Assembly (NCBI GenBank): GCA_964592525.1
Contig: CAZQFB010000001.1
Location: 279,299 to 343,298, forward strand
DNA from: an uncultured Candidatus Saccharibacteria bacterium
GTDB taxonomy: Bacteria; Patescibacteriota; WWE3; CAZQFB01
Direction: 5' to 3'
DNA length: 64,000 bases
This document shows, piece after piece, positions 38,977 to 48,265 of this stretch. Position 1 is the stretch's first letter. Each line of letters opens with the position of its first letter. The notes under the pieces are model-generated. The model was not told the DNA's origin and did not search any database. It saw only the letters and a list, made by a program, of their open reading frames with translations. The translations under genes and the position numbers were made by a program.

Positions 38977-40258
38977 AATCATAGCTTTGCCTCAATATTT
39001 GCATCAGTCCGTGACTTTAGCTGGGTGGGTAGTTAACCTTCGTTCTTCGGGTGGGGTGGTTTTTATTTTGATGCGAGATGGTAGTGGCGTGGTGCAAGCA
39101 GTTGTATCTAAGGATACTGTTTCCGAGCAAATCTTTGCGCTCTCCCAGCAATTAACCCAAGAATCTTCTCTTAAGATAAAAGGAATACCGCAGAAAGATG
39201 AACGTTCACCTGGAGGTATTGAGTTAGCCGTGACGAGTATTGAGCCAGTTCAGTTAGTAGCAGAAGAATATCCGATTGGTAATAAAGAGCATGGCACTGA
39301 TTTTTTGCTCCAACATCGACATCTATGGTTAAGAGCTAGAAAACAATGGGCAATTCAGCGAGTTCGTCATCAGTTAATTATGGCGATTTATCAATTTTTA
39401 AATGATCGTGGTTTTACTAAAATAGATGCTCCGATTTTTACCCCCACTGCTTGTGAGGGTACGACGACGCTGTTTGCTGTTGATTATGTTAACGATAAAA
39501 AGGTGTTTTTATCGCAATCAGGACAACTGTATCTAGAAGCGGCCATAGCCAGTTTTGGACAGGTGTTTGATTTTGGACCAACCTTCAGAGCCGAGAAATC
39601 AAAGACCCGTAGACACTTAACCGAGTTTTGGATGCTTGATGTGGAGATGGCTTTTGCCAATCAAGCGGATAATATGGCTTTTCAGGAAGAATTAGTTAAG
39701 TTTTTAGTTAATGCTGTGCTTAACAAGTCGGCTAATGAGTTAGTGCTCCTGGGTCGGGATTTAACTCATTTAAAACAGACTGTTGTTGAGCCGTTTGCCA
39801 AAATCACTTATGCCGAAGCAGTGTCTCGTTTGCATGATTTGGGTTCTAAGATTGAATTTGGCAGTGATTTGGGTAACGAGGACGAAACACTTTTAGCCCA
39901 TCAGTTTTCCACGCCCGTTTTTGTTGAACTTTTCCCTTCAGACCTTAAAGCTTTTTATATGAAGCGTAATCAGGATCAATTAGTGTTAGGTAGTGATTTA
40001 TTAGCCCCTGAAGGTTATGGTGAAATTATTGGTGGTAGCGAAAGAGAAGATAATTATCAGACCTTGCTGGCTCAAATTAGAACTGCTAACTTGAGTGAAG
40101 CTGATTTGTCTTGGTATCTTGATCTTAGGAAATATGGAACAGTGCCTCATAGTGGTTTTGGTTTGGGTCTAGAACGACTTGTCGCTTGGGTTTGTGGCTT
40201 AGAACATGTCCGGGAAGCTATTCCTTTTCCCAGAACAATCTACCGTACCTTCCCATGA
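38960..40258 (+). CDS. asnS: asparaginyl-tRNA synthetase (class IIb)
   Basis: FRAEKSKTRRHLTEFWMLDVEMAF motif 2, WYLDLRKYGTVPHSGFGLGLERL and C-terminal IPFPRT match AsnRS rather than AspRS. Confidence 0.8.
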   Translation: MTEITKIIALPQYLHQSVTLAGWVVNLRSSGGVVFILMRDGSGVVQAVVSKDTVSEQIFALSQQLTQESSLKIKGIPQKDERSPGGIELAVTSIEPVQLVAEEYPIGNKEHGTDFLLQHRHLWLRARKQWAIQRVRHQLIMAIYQFLNDRGFTKIDAPIFTPTACEGTTTLFAVDYVNDKKVFLSQSGQLYLEAAIASFGQVFDFGPTFRAEKSKTRRHLTEFWMLDVEMAFANQADNMAFQEELVKFLVNAVLNKSANELVLLGRDLTHLKQTVVEPFAKITYAEAVSRLHDLGSKIEFGSDLGNEDETLLAHQFSTPVFVELFPSDLKAFYMKRNQDQLVLGSDLLAPEGYGEIIGGSEREDNYQTLLAQIRTANLSEADLSWYLDLRKYGTVPHSGFGLGLERLVAWVCGLEHVREAIPFPRTIYRTFP

Positions 40259-40989
40259 GCACTAACTTAACCTATGATGATATTTGGCAGGTAACGCCGG
40301 TGATAGACCCGCAAATCTGGCCCCAATATTGGTGGCTTAAAGCCTTTAATCTCGGAGCCACTGCTTTAGAAATTGGACCGGGAACTAGACCTAAACTGCC
40401 TTTAGCTGATACAACCTTTGTGGATACTAGCAGAATTGCCGTTGAAAAACTCAAAGAGCAACAAGCTAATGCTATGCTTAGCGATGTAGCGGCGATGCCC
40501 TTTCCTGCTTCTAGTTTTGGTTTAGTCTGTGCCTTTAATTTGCTTGGTACTGTTGCCGATGACACACTGGCTTTAAGGGAAATTATGCGGGTGGTTAAAC
40601 AAGATGGTTTTGTAGTCTTATCGCTACCGCTCCATATGCATAAATGGACGTATAGTGACCAGTTATTGGGGACAGTCCGGCGGTACAACCCAGCGGTTAT
40701 TTATGAACTTCTGCAGCAAATCGGGTTTCAAATATTTACCTACAAGAGTGTGTTCGGATTATTGACTAGGTTGGAGAACTATCTGGCTACTGCTTTGACC
40801 TATTTATACCAAGATGACCCACTTAAGGTGTACACACTCATTCAGGATATAATTGTACCGGGTTACCGCTTCAAATTAGCCCTCTCACCGCGTGATCGGG
40901 TTACTTGGCAAAGAGGGGACTTTATTAAAGATACTCGTAACGCGGCAGAAGTAATTGTTGTATGTAAACCGAGGTTTTCTCATGTCTAA
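40255..40989 (+). CDS. class I SAM-dependent methyltransferase (Methyltransf_11-like)
   Basis: LEIGPGT motif I, MPFPASSFGLVCAF post-I region; ATG 40255 overlaps asnS stop (ATGA). Confidence 0.6.
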   Translation: MSTNLTYDDIWQVTPVIDPQIWPQYWWLKAFNLGATALEIGPGTRPKLPLADTTFVDTSRIAVEKLKEQQANAMLSDVAAMPFPASSFGLVCAFNLLGTVADDTLALREIMRVVKQDGFVVLSLPLHMHKWTYSDQLLGTVRRYNPAVIYELLQQIGFQIFTYKSVFGLLTRLENYLATALTYLYQDDPLKVYTLIQDIIVPGYRFKLALSPRDRVTWQRGDFIKDTRNAAEVIVVCKPRFSHV

Positions 40990-42319
40990 CTATCGCGCTG
41001 TGGTGGGAATCGAAATTCATGTACAACCAAAGACGAAGACTAAAATGTTTTGTGCTTGCCCAGTACCTGATGTTAAAGCACCTCCAAATACTAGCGTGTG
41101 TCCTGTTTGTTTAGGGTTACCTGGTTCTCTGCCGGTGCCTAACGAAGCAGTGTTGGATCAGGCTTTAATTTTAGGTTTGGCTCTTAATTGTGACATTAGA
41201 CCCCAGATAATATTTGCTCGGAAGCATTATTTTTATCCAGATTTACCTAAGGGTTATCAAATAAGTCAGTTTGAAAATCCAGTGGCTGTCAAAGGGTATT
41301 ACGCTGTGGCTGGGTTTCGCATCGGGGTGACAAGAATCCATCTTGAGGAAGACACGGCTAAATTAGTGCATGAGGATAAGGTTAGTTTAATTGATTATAA
41401 CCGTAGCGGTATGCCACTTATTGAGCTTGTGACTGAACCTGATTTTGAGAGTGGGGAACAAGCGCGCCTATGGTTGAAAAGTATTCATCGGCTGATCACT
41501 AATCTTGGTATTTCTGAAGCTAACATGGAGAGTGGTACCATGAGGATTGAACCGAACATCTCGGTGGGTACCAAGGAGCAGTTAAGCAAGGGAAGGCTAC
41601 CCGACTATAAGGTTGAAGTAAAAAACATTAATTCTTTTAGGTATGTAAAGCAGGCTATTGATTACGAGATTGCTCGACAAATGAGGGCGCTTCAGGATCG
41701 GGTGACGATACCCAGTGAAACACGTGGTTGGAATGAAAAATTAAACCAAACTCAAGTGCAAAGAACTAAGGAGACGTCACCTGATTATAGGTACTTTCCA
41801 GAACCAGATATTCCGCCGATAATCATTACTCCCCATCGACTGGAAAAGGCTAAGCAGGCGTTGGTGAGGAACCCTGAAGTTAGAGAACAGGAGTTAATTG
41901 ATCAATGGGAAATTAGTCGCGAGATGGCGAAGATTATTATTGATCATAAGGCGTTAGTTAATGGTCTGACTATAATTGAGTATATTGAGCAAGTAGCCGA
42001 GACCGGTGTGGCTCCGGCACAAGTGGCTAAAATGGTAATTAATAAGCCTACTATTAGGGCGGAAATTGATCCTCTAAACTTCAAACAATATCTAAAGACA
42101 CAAAAGCAAGAACGGCTTCAAGATAGGGTACTCCTAGCAGCAGTAGTGGAGAAAATATTAAAGCAGCATACCTTTGCGGTGAAAACATACCAGGAGGGTA
42201 AGCTAGCGGTGGTGGAATTTATTTTAGGCAAGGTGATGAGAGAAACGAATGGTAAGGCAGACCCAGTTCTGGCGAAAATAATCATTATGGAGCAATTAGC
42301 ACAACAGAATAATGACTAA
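40982..42319 (+). CDS. gatB: Asp/Glu-tRNA amidotransferase subunit B
   Basis: N-terminus YRAVVGIEIHVQ...KMFCAC, GatB/YqeY tail; ATG 40982. Confidence 0.9.
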   Translation: MSNYRAVVGIEIHVQPKTKTKMFCACPVPDVKAPPNTSVCPVCLGLPGSLPVPNEAVLDQALILGLALNCDIRPQIIFARKHYFYPDLPKGYQISQFENPVAVKGYYAVAGFRIGVTRIHLEEDTAKLVHEDKVSLIDYNRSGMPLIELVTEPDFESGEQARLWLKSIHRLITNLGISEANMESGTMRIEPNISVGTKEQLSKGRLPDYKVEVKNINSFRYVKQAIDYEIARQMRALQDRVTIPSETRGWNEKLNQTQVQRTKETSPDYRYFPEPDIPPIIITPHRLEKAKQALVRNPEVREQELIDQWEISREMAKIIIDHKALVNGLTIIEYIEQVAETGVAPAQVAKMVINKPTIRAEIDPLNFKQYLKTQKQERLQDRVLLAAVVEKILKQHTFAVKTYQEGKLAVVEFILGKVMRETNGKADPVLAKIIIMEQLAQQNND

Positions 42320-44123
42320 ACTAGCATTTTCACCAGACAAACCACCCTATGAGCTGGTACAGGACAATAAAAGGGTTAAAGAATTAGCAAGGCAATTTGC
42401 GAAGGCAAAAACCTTGGGGGTGGATGTTGAGGCTACTGGACTTGATCCTTATACCAGCGAATTATTATTACTTCAGATTGGTGTTGATGATCAAGCTTAT
42501 TTATTTGACCCACTGCAGGTTGACTTGAGTTTGTTAAAACCCCCGCTTAGTGCCAGCCAGCCTTTGAAGATAGTACAAAACGCCAGCTTTGATTATAAAT
42601 TTATAAAGCATCATCTAGGTATTACCTTAGGTAATTTATTTGACACGATGTTAGCCGAGAGAATGTTAACTGCTGGATTAAGTCGGAATGTGTCTTTGGC
42701 AGCCATGAGTGAGAAATATTTAGGAGTAAAAATGGACAAGGAAGTGCGCAAAAGTTTTGTGCGTGGTAATCACCAGTTTAATATTAAGCAGTTGGAGTAT
42801 GCTGCCTTAGATGTGTTGGTGCTGCCACATATTTTGTCGGCACAACTTCCTCTCTTGGAAAAAGAAGATTTGATGAAAGTCGCTCACTTAGAATTTCAAA
42901 CGGTACCAGTAGTGGCGGAAATGGAACTTAAGGGTATTCGTTTGGATATCCAAAAATGGCAGGAAATATTTGCGTATGAGCAAAAGGAGCGGGATAGGGC
43001 AGAAGATAAAATTCAGGAGTTATTAGCCCCATTATATAAACGTCACCAAGCAAACTTGTTTGGCGGTACTTCTAAAGTGGTTAATCTTAACTCGCCAAAA
43101 CAAGTACTTGAAGCCTTTCAACTGTTGGGAGTTGATGTTCCTTCAACCGGAGAAGCCGTACTTAAAAAAACCAACCATGCGTTAGCCAAACTGCTATTAG
43201 ACTACCGAACCCACGAGAAATTGATTAGTGCTTTTGGGGACTCTCTGTTGGAAAAAGTAAATCCAGTTACGAAGAGAATCCATCCCAGTTTTAGTCAGAT
43301 TGGGGCAGATACTGGTCGTTTTTCTTGCTCCGATCCTAATCTGCAACAAATACCTGCTACTGCCAGATTTAGGGAATGTTTTATACCAGCTGATGGTTAT
43401 ACTTTTGTGGTAGCTGATTACTCGCAACAAGAGTTAAGGGTTTTAGCTGGTTTAACTAACGACCCCCTGTTCTTAAAGGCTTATCGTGAGGATTTAGATC
43501 TTCATAGTTTGACAGCCTCACAAATGTTTGGGGTGCCTTTTAAGGAGTTTAAGCCAACTGAAAACCCAGAGCATAAAAAATTAAGGCAGTCGGCAAAAAC
43601 GATTAATTTTGGTATTGCTTATGGTATGGGTCCGGGAGCATTAGGGGCTTTATTGGGGGTTAGTGTGGAAGATGCGAGGGGGATGTTGTCAAAATATGTG
43701 CAGACATATAAGGGAGTGAAAAGATGGTTGGATAAGGTAGGAAAAGAAGCCCTTTATAAAGGTTACAGTGAAACTATTATTGGTCGCAAAAGGTGGTATC
43801 ATTTGCCGAGCAAAGATGATGTTGATTACATTCGCGTCGTTGGCAATATTGAACGTCAGGGTAAGAACACCCCTATTCAAGGCAGTAGTGCTGACATGAC
43901 CAAATTTGCCTTGATTTATATGTACAAAAAATTTCAAGACGAGCAGTTAGTAGCTGTGCCGATATTGGCTATTCATGATGAGGTGGTGGTGGAGGTTAGC
44001 CAAGCAGATGCACCCAGAGTCAGGGATATTGTGGAAGCGGAGATGATCAGAGCTGGGGAGGAAATGCTACCCCAAGTGCCTGTTAAAGCAGAAGCTAAGA
44101 TCACCAATGTTTGGGAGCATTAA
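42312..44123 (+). CDS. polA: DNA polymerase I, Klenow-like (3'-5' exonuclease + polymerase; no 5' nuclease domain)
   Basis: Exo I VDVEATGL, Exo II QNASFDYKF, pol motif A DYSQQELRVLA, B RQSAKTINFGIAYG, C HDEVVVE; only 603 aa. Confidence 0.85.
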   Translation: MTKLAFSPDKPPYELVQDNKRVKELARQFAKAKTLGVDVEATGLDPYTSELLLLQIGVDDQAYLFDPLQVDLSLLKPPLSASQPLKIVQNASFDYKFIKHHLGITLGNLFDTMLAERMLTAGLSRNVSLAAMSEKYLGVKMDKEVRKSFVRGNHQFNIKQLEYAALDVLVLPHILSAQLPLLEKEDLMKVAHLEFQTVPVVAEMELKGIRLDIQKWQEIFAYEQKERDRAEDKIQELLAPLYKRHQANLFGGTSKVVNLNSPKQVLEAFQLLGVDVPSTGEAVLKKTNHALAKLLLDYRTHEKLISAFGDSLLEKVNPVTKRIHPSFSQIGADTGRFSCSDPNLQQIPATARFRECFIPADGYTFVVADYSQQELRVLAGLTNDPLFLKAYREDLDLHSLTASQMFGVPFKEFKPTENPEHKKLRQSAKTINFGIAYGMGPGALGALLGVSVEDARGMLSKYVQTYKGVKRWLDKVGKEALYKGYSETIIGRKRWYHLPSKDDVDYIRVVGNIERQGKNTPIQGSSADMTKFALIYMYKKFQDEQLVAVPILAIHDEVVVEVSQADAPRVRDIVEAEMIRAGEEMLPQVPVKAEAKITNVWEH

Positions 44124-44227
44124 TGATGATGTCTGTTTGGGGTACTTACTTGGGCTGGTTAAATTAGTTGGTGGTGCGGGTACTGACTTGTGGGCTAGTT
44201 GTGTAAAACTGGAATTTTAACGATATA

Positions 44228-45214
44228 ATGTTTCGGAAGGAAGTCACTATGGTTATTTGCCAAAGATGTAACAAAAGACCAGCCAGAATACAAAGTCAGC
44301 AAATTGGGGCTGATGGACGACCAATTTTTGTTAATTTGTGTGAGGAATGTTTTGCCCAGATCCAGAATCAGCACAACAAGTCTTCTTTACTGGATAAATT
44401 TGGTCGGGATTTAACCAAGATGGCTGCGGACGGGTTATTGGACCCAGTCATCGGGCGAGCGGAGGAGATAGAGAGAGTTATTCATATCTTGTCTCGGCGC
44501 ACAAAAAACAACCCAGTTTTGGTAGGTGATCCGGGAGTTGGTAAAACGGCTATTGTTGAAGGTTTAGCGCAACGAATAGTAGAGGGGCAGATCATAGAAA
44601 CTCTACAAGGAAAAAGGATAATTGCGATTGATATACCTCTCATGTTGGCGGGTGCTGCGCACCGAGGCGAATTTGAACAGCGTTTGAAAAAAACCATTGA
44701 TGAAGTGATCAGATCCAAGGGACAGATAATATTGTTTATTGATGAAGTCCATTTGATTGTTGGTGCTGGTGCGGCTCAAGGGGCGATTGATGCTGCAAAT
44801 ATGTTGAAGCCTTCATTGGCAAGAGGAGAGGTGCAAACGATAGGTGCTACCACTTTAGATGAGTATCGCCAAGTAATTGAGAGAGATGGGGCTTTGGAGA
44901 GACGTTTTCAACCTGTATTTGTAGCTGAACCCACGGTGGCAGAAACTATAGACATTCTGCATGGGCTAAAAAGAAAATATGAAGAACATCACCAAGTGAT
45001 TATTGAACGGGGAGCGATTGAAGCCGCTTCAATTTTGTCCGAGCGGTATATTGTGGACCGTTTTTTACCGGACAAGGCAGTTGACCTTTTAGATGAGGCT
45101 TCTTCGGCTGTGAGATTACGAACCATTAGGGAGCCAGAAACATTGCGACAAATCAACACGGAAATTAAATATCTTGAGAGCGAGCTTAATCGGTTTAACA
45201 AAGAAAATTTATGA
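44228..45214 (+). CDS. ClpC/ClpE-type AAA+ ATPase, N-terminal part (zinc finger + nucleotide-binding domain 1 + start of middle domain)
   Basis: CQRCNKRP...CEECF zinc ribbon, Walker [14 protein letters not shown], ends inside coiled middle domain; stop overlaps next ATG. Confidence 0.75.
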   Translation: MFRKEVTMVICQRCNKRPARIQSQQIGADGRPIFVNLCEECFAQIQNQHNKSSLLDKFGRDLTKMAADGLLDPVIGRAEEIERVIHILSRRTKNNPVLVGDPGVGKTAIVEGLAQRIVEGQIIETLQGKRIIAIDIPLMLAGAAHRGEFEQRLKKTIDEVIRSKGQIILFIDEVHLIVGAGAAQGAIDAANMLKPSLARGEVQTIGATTLDEYRQVIERDGALERRFQPVFVAEPTVAETIDILHGLKRKYEEHHQVIIERGAIEAASILSERYIVDRFLPDKAVDLLDEASSAVRLRTIREPETLRQINTEIKYLESELNRFNKENL

Positions 45215-46362
45215 CTACCACCAAACAAAAATTAAGTGTACTCCAAATTCAGAAAAGATTGTTGGATCTTTATAGAGTGAAAGGGGAATTATCTGAATTA
45301 TGGCAGCGCACCAAGTTGGAAGAGGTTCCTACGGTTACTAGACAAGACATTGCTACGGTAGTTTCTAAAATGACGGGTATTCCACTCAATGACTTAACCG
45401 AAGAAGAAAAAGAAAAGCTGCTGCATATTGAGGAAAGAATACACCAGCGTATTGTGGGGCAAGATCATGCTGTGGCGGTAGTTAGTGCCGCGATTCGTCG
45501 GTCTAGAGCGGGCTTAAAGGAAAGGAACAGACCGATTGGCTCTTTCTTGTTTTTGGGACCAACGGGGGTGGGTAAAAGTGAATTATCTAAAACCTTAGCT
45601 GAAGTTCTGTATGGTAGTGAAGATATGCTCGTTCGTCTTGATATGAGTGAGTTCATGGAGAAACATACAGTTTCGCGATTAATTGGCGCTCCTCCAGGAT
45701 ATGTTGGTTTTGATGAGGGGGGTCAATTAACCGAGATAATCAGACGACGACCTTTCAGTGTTATTTTATTTGATGAGATAGAGAAAGCTCATCCGGAAGT
45801 TTTTAATATCTTATTACAGATTATGGAAGATGGACGCTTGACTGATGGTCAAGGTAGGATGGTTGATTTCAAAAACGCTATTTTAGTGATGACCTCTAAT
45901 TTGGGTTCGCAGATAATATATCAGGATACGTTAGGATTTAATCCCCAGGGTAGTGTAACCGATATTTGGTCGGATTTTGAGGAACTAAAAGGGAGAGTGA
46001 TGAGTTCCTTGAAAAATGAATTTAGACCGGAGTTTGTTAACCGTATCGATGAAGTCGTCGTGTTCAAGTCACTTACTAGGGAAGATATCTCTAAAATCAC
46101 AGAGCTGGAATTGGGAAGGTTAGTTAGTTATCTTGCTGATGAGCAAATAAAATTAACGTACACGCCTAAGGTAGTTGCTCACTTAGTGGAAAAAGGTTAT
46201 GATCCGCAGTACGGAGCTAGACCGATAAAGCGCTTGCTTCAACAAGTGGTTGAAAATCCTCTAAGTGATGAGATAATTCGAGGATCTTTCAAACCAAAAG
46301 ATAAAGTTTTACTAGGAACAAGACTTGGCAACTTAACTATTAAAAAATCAAAAAGATCATGA
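45211..46362 (+). CDS. ClpC/ClpE-type AAA+ ATPase, C-terminal part (rest of middle domain + nucleotide-binding domain 2 + C-domain)
   Basis: [20 protein letters not shown] Walker A, sensor/Arg-finger region, ClpB_D2-small tail. Confidence 0.75.
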   Translation: MTTTKQKLSVLQIQKRLLDLYRVKGELSELWQRTKLEEVPTVTRQDIATVVSKMTGIPLNDLTEEEKEKLLHIEERIHQRIVGQDHAVAVVSAAIRRSRAGLKERNRPIGSFLFLGPTGVGKSELSKTLAEVLYGSEDMLVRLDMSEFMEKHTVSRLIGAPPGYVGFDEGGQLTEIIRRRPFSVILFDEIEKAHPEVFNILLQIMEDGRLTDGQGRMVDFKNAILVMTSNLGSQIIYQDTLGFNPQGSVTDIWSDFEELKGRVMSSLKNEFRPEFVNRIDEVVVFKSLTREDISKITELELGRLVSYLADEQIKLTYTPKVVAHLVEKGYDPQYGARPIKRLLQQVVENPLSDEIIRGSFKPKDKVLLGTRLGNLTIKKSKRS

Positions 46363-46919
46363 CGGATAATAACCAACAGGATAAAGACACACCTTCAGAA
46401 GTAACTACCCCCGAAGCAGCTTTGGTTTCTGACACCGATGACAAAACCGATATTGAGGCAGGGAAACCAACTGACCAACTTGAACCACAGGATACTGCTG
46501 GGGGTGATCTAACCGAAGAAGAAATGTTAGCGGATAACGACGAGCACTTATCTGATGAGGTTGACCAGGATACCTTAAAACAGAAGGTGGAGCAAATATC
46601 AGAGCCAGCGAAAGTGGCAAATCATTTTCATGTTGGAGATACGGTAGTGGTGCATTATCGTATTAAAGAAGGCGATAAAGAAAGAATACAACCTTACGAG
46701 GGTTTGGTTTTAGCGATGAAAGGTGCTGGAGTAGGTCGGACTTTTACGGTGCGGAGAATTACCAGGGGGGGAATTGGCGTGGAGAGGATATTTCCGCTTC
46801 AATCACCTAATATATTGAAAGTTGAAGTATTGAGACGTGGTAAGGTACGCCGGAGTAAACTTTATTATTTAAGAAAAAAGGTTGGTAAAAGTGCGCTTAA
46901 GGTTAAAGAATTGAAGTAG
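46359..46919 (+). CDS. rplS: 50S ribosomal protein L19 with about 80-aa acidic N-terminal extension
   Basis: C-terminal 100 aa ([17 protein letters not shown]...[14 protein letters not shown]) match bL19. Confidence 0.85.
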   Translation: MTDNNQQDKDTPSEVTTPEAALVSDTDDKTDIEAGKPTDQLEPQDTAGGDLTEEEMLADNDEHLSDEVDQDTLKQKVEQISEPAKVANHFHVGDTVVVHYRIKEGDKERIQPYEGLVLAMKGAGVGRTFTVRRITRGGIGVERIFPLQSPNILKVEVLRRGKVRRSKLYYLRKKVGKSALKVKELK

Positions 46920-47284
46920 TGACCAACATCACACTCGGTAAAAAAGGTGAGCAGTATGCTCTGAACCACCTAGTCCAAGGTGGTTTTGTGATTTTAGAAA
47001 CTAATTTTCGGGCGGGGAGATGGGGAGAGATTGATATTATTGCTGTGGAGGGGCGGACCTTAGTTTTTGTGGAAGTGAAAACGAGAACATCAACCAAATA
47101 TGGGGAACCGGCAGAGGCGGTGACGGCTAAAAAAATAAGACATTTGCATAAAGCAGCTTATATTTATCAAAATCAACATCCGACAGCGCCAACTTTACTG
47201 CGTTTGGATGTTATCGCCATCGTTTTAGATCAAGCTACTTTAGCGTTATTATCGCTTGCGCATTTTCGTAATGTTTCTGTGTGA
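46919..47284 (+). CDS. yraN: YraN-family (UPF0102) endonuclease
   Basis: GEQYALNHL...GEIDIIAVEGRTLVFVEVKTR motif; GTG start overlapping rplS stop. Confidence 0.8.
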   Translation: MTNITLGKKGEQYALNHLVQGGFVILETNFRAGRWGEIDIIAVEGRTLVFVEVKTRTSTKYGEPAEAVTAKKIRHLHKAAYIYQNQHPTAPTLLRLDVIAIVLDQATLALLSLAHFRNVSV

Positions 47285-47294
47285 TAAAAAGAGA

Positions 47295-47330
47295 ACGGGT
47301 GGTTGCTTGGCAACCACCCGTGTTGTTTTC
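47295..47330 (+). terminator. rho-independent terminator (ACGGGTGGTTGC..GCAACCACCCGT stem, then GTTGTTTTCC)
   Basis: hairpin and T-tract read directly after yraN. Confidence 0.65.
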
Positions 47331-47616
47331 CTGAAGGATCAACTTGCGCCACAGAATGTTGATCCTCCAGTGCAAGGAGGAGAAAACGCTTGCGTAATAT
47401 AGCACAACTACTGCAAATTTGGCAATAGGCTTAAGGTATTTAAATTACTTAACTTGCTTTGGGGGAAAAGAACGCCTTTACTTAAAGGTAAGAGAAATAA
47501 TTAACAACCGCTACTTTTTAAACAGGTGTGGGGTAAGTCAGTCAGCTTTATTTGTAGGGGTTTTCTGAAACAAGTCCCAATTATGATGGTTGCACAAGGT
47601 AGGTTATTTAGCGCTA

Positions 47617-47895
47617 TTAGTCTTCTTCAATTCTGATCGCTTGACCGTGAATTAGGGCGAAGGCAATTTTTTTATAAGACTTGTTGAGTAGTCGGGCAAA
47701 AGTTGGTTGGGAAATTCCCATTAAACGAGCGCCTTCAGTTTGGTCTAACTGATCCACATCATGTAATTTAAGTGCTTCTAGCTCATCCTTTTCTAACACT
47801 ACTTCTTCTAGTAATCTCATCGGTACCCCCCTTGGCTTAAAGTAGCGCGTATGAGGTATAAACTGAAGGCGTCGGATTTTTTTTGGCCTGGTCAT
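47617..47895 (-). CDS. DUF134-family predicted DNA-binding protein (sigma-70 region-4-like HTH)
   Basis: RPKKIRRL...FKPRGVP...EALKLHDVDQLDQTEGARLMGISQPTFARLL signature. Confidence 0.75.
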   Translation of the reverse strand: MTRPKKIRRLQFIPHTRYFKPRGVPMRLLEEVVLEKDELEALKLHDVDQLDQTEGARLMGISQPTFARLLNKSYKKIAFALIHGQAIRIEED

Positions 47896-47943
47896 AATAT
47901 TTTGTCAAGAAACGGAAGTCAGACAATTATTTCGCGCTTAAGT

Positions 47944-48180
47944 TTATTGCTCTATTTCTTTATTAACATCATTAAGTTCTTCTTCCAAAGCTTTTTTGTA
48001 TTCATTTAGAGCTTCCTTTTCTTCCTCTTTATTTTCGGGCCATCGCCAAGTAAAGTATCTGCCCATACCACGACCGGATCCAAACCTGTTTCTCCAACCA
48101 AGACCGAAGCCACAGGGTCCAAAACCTCTACCCGTTCTGGGGCCTTGGCCTTGAGGACCAGTTCCATCAAATGCTGGCAT
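47944..48180 (-). CDS. DUF5320-family small protein (Gly-rich N-terminus, coiled C-terminus)
   Basis: MPAFDGTGPQGQGPRTGRGFGPCG start typical of DUF5320, usual partner of DUF134. Confidence 0.65.
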   Translation of the reverse strand: MPAFDGTGPQGQGPRTGRGFGPCGFGLGWRNRFGSGRGMGRYFTWRWPENKEEEKEALNEYKKALEEELNDVNKEIEQ

Positions 48181-48265
48181 CTGTAATCACCACCTTTCTA
48201 TATAATGAATATAAATTCATTATACCCCGTGTCTTTTTGTTGTCAAATATAGTGTGCAAGGAAGA

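Noticed and set aside
38960-40258. Calling this class IIb synthetase a non-discriminating AspRS because it sits inside gatCAB
   Set aside because: The C-terminal motifs (WY.DLRKYGTVPHSGFGLG, IPFPRT) match AsnRS much better than archaeal-type AspRS.
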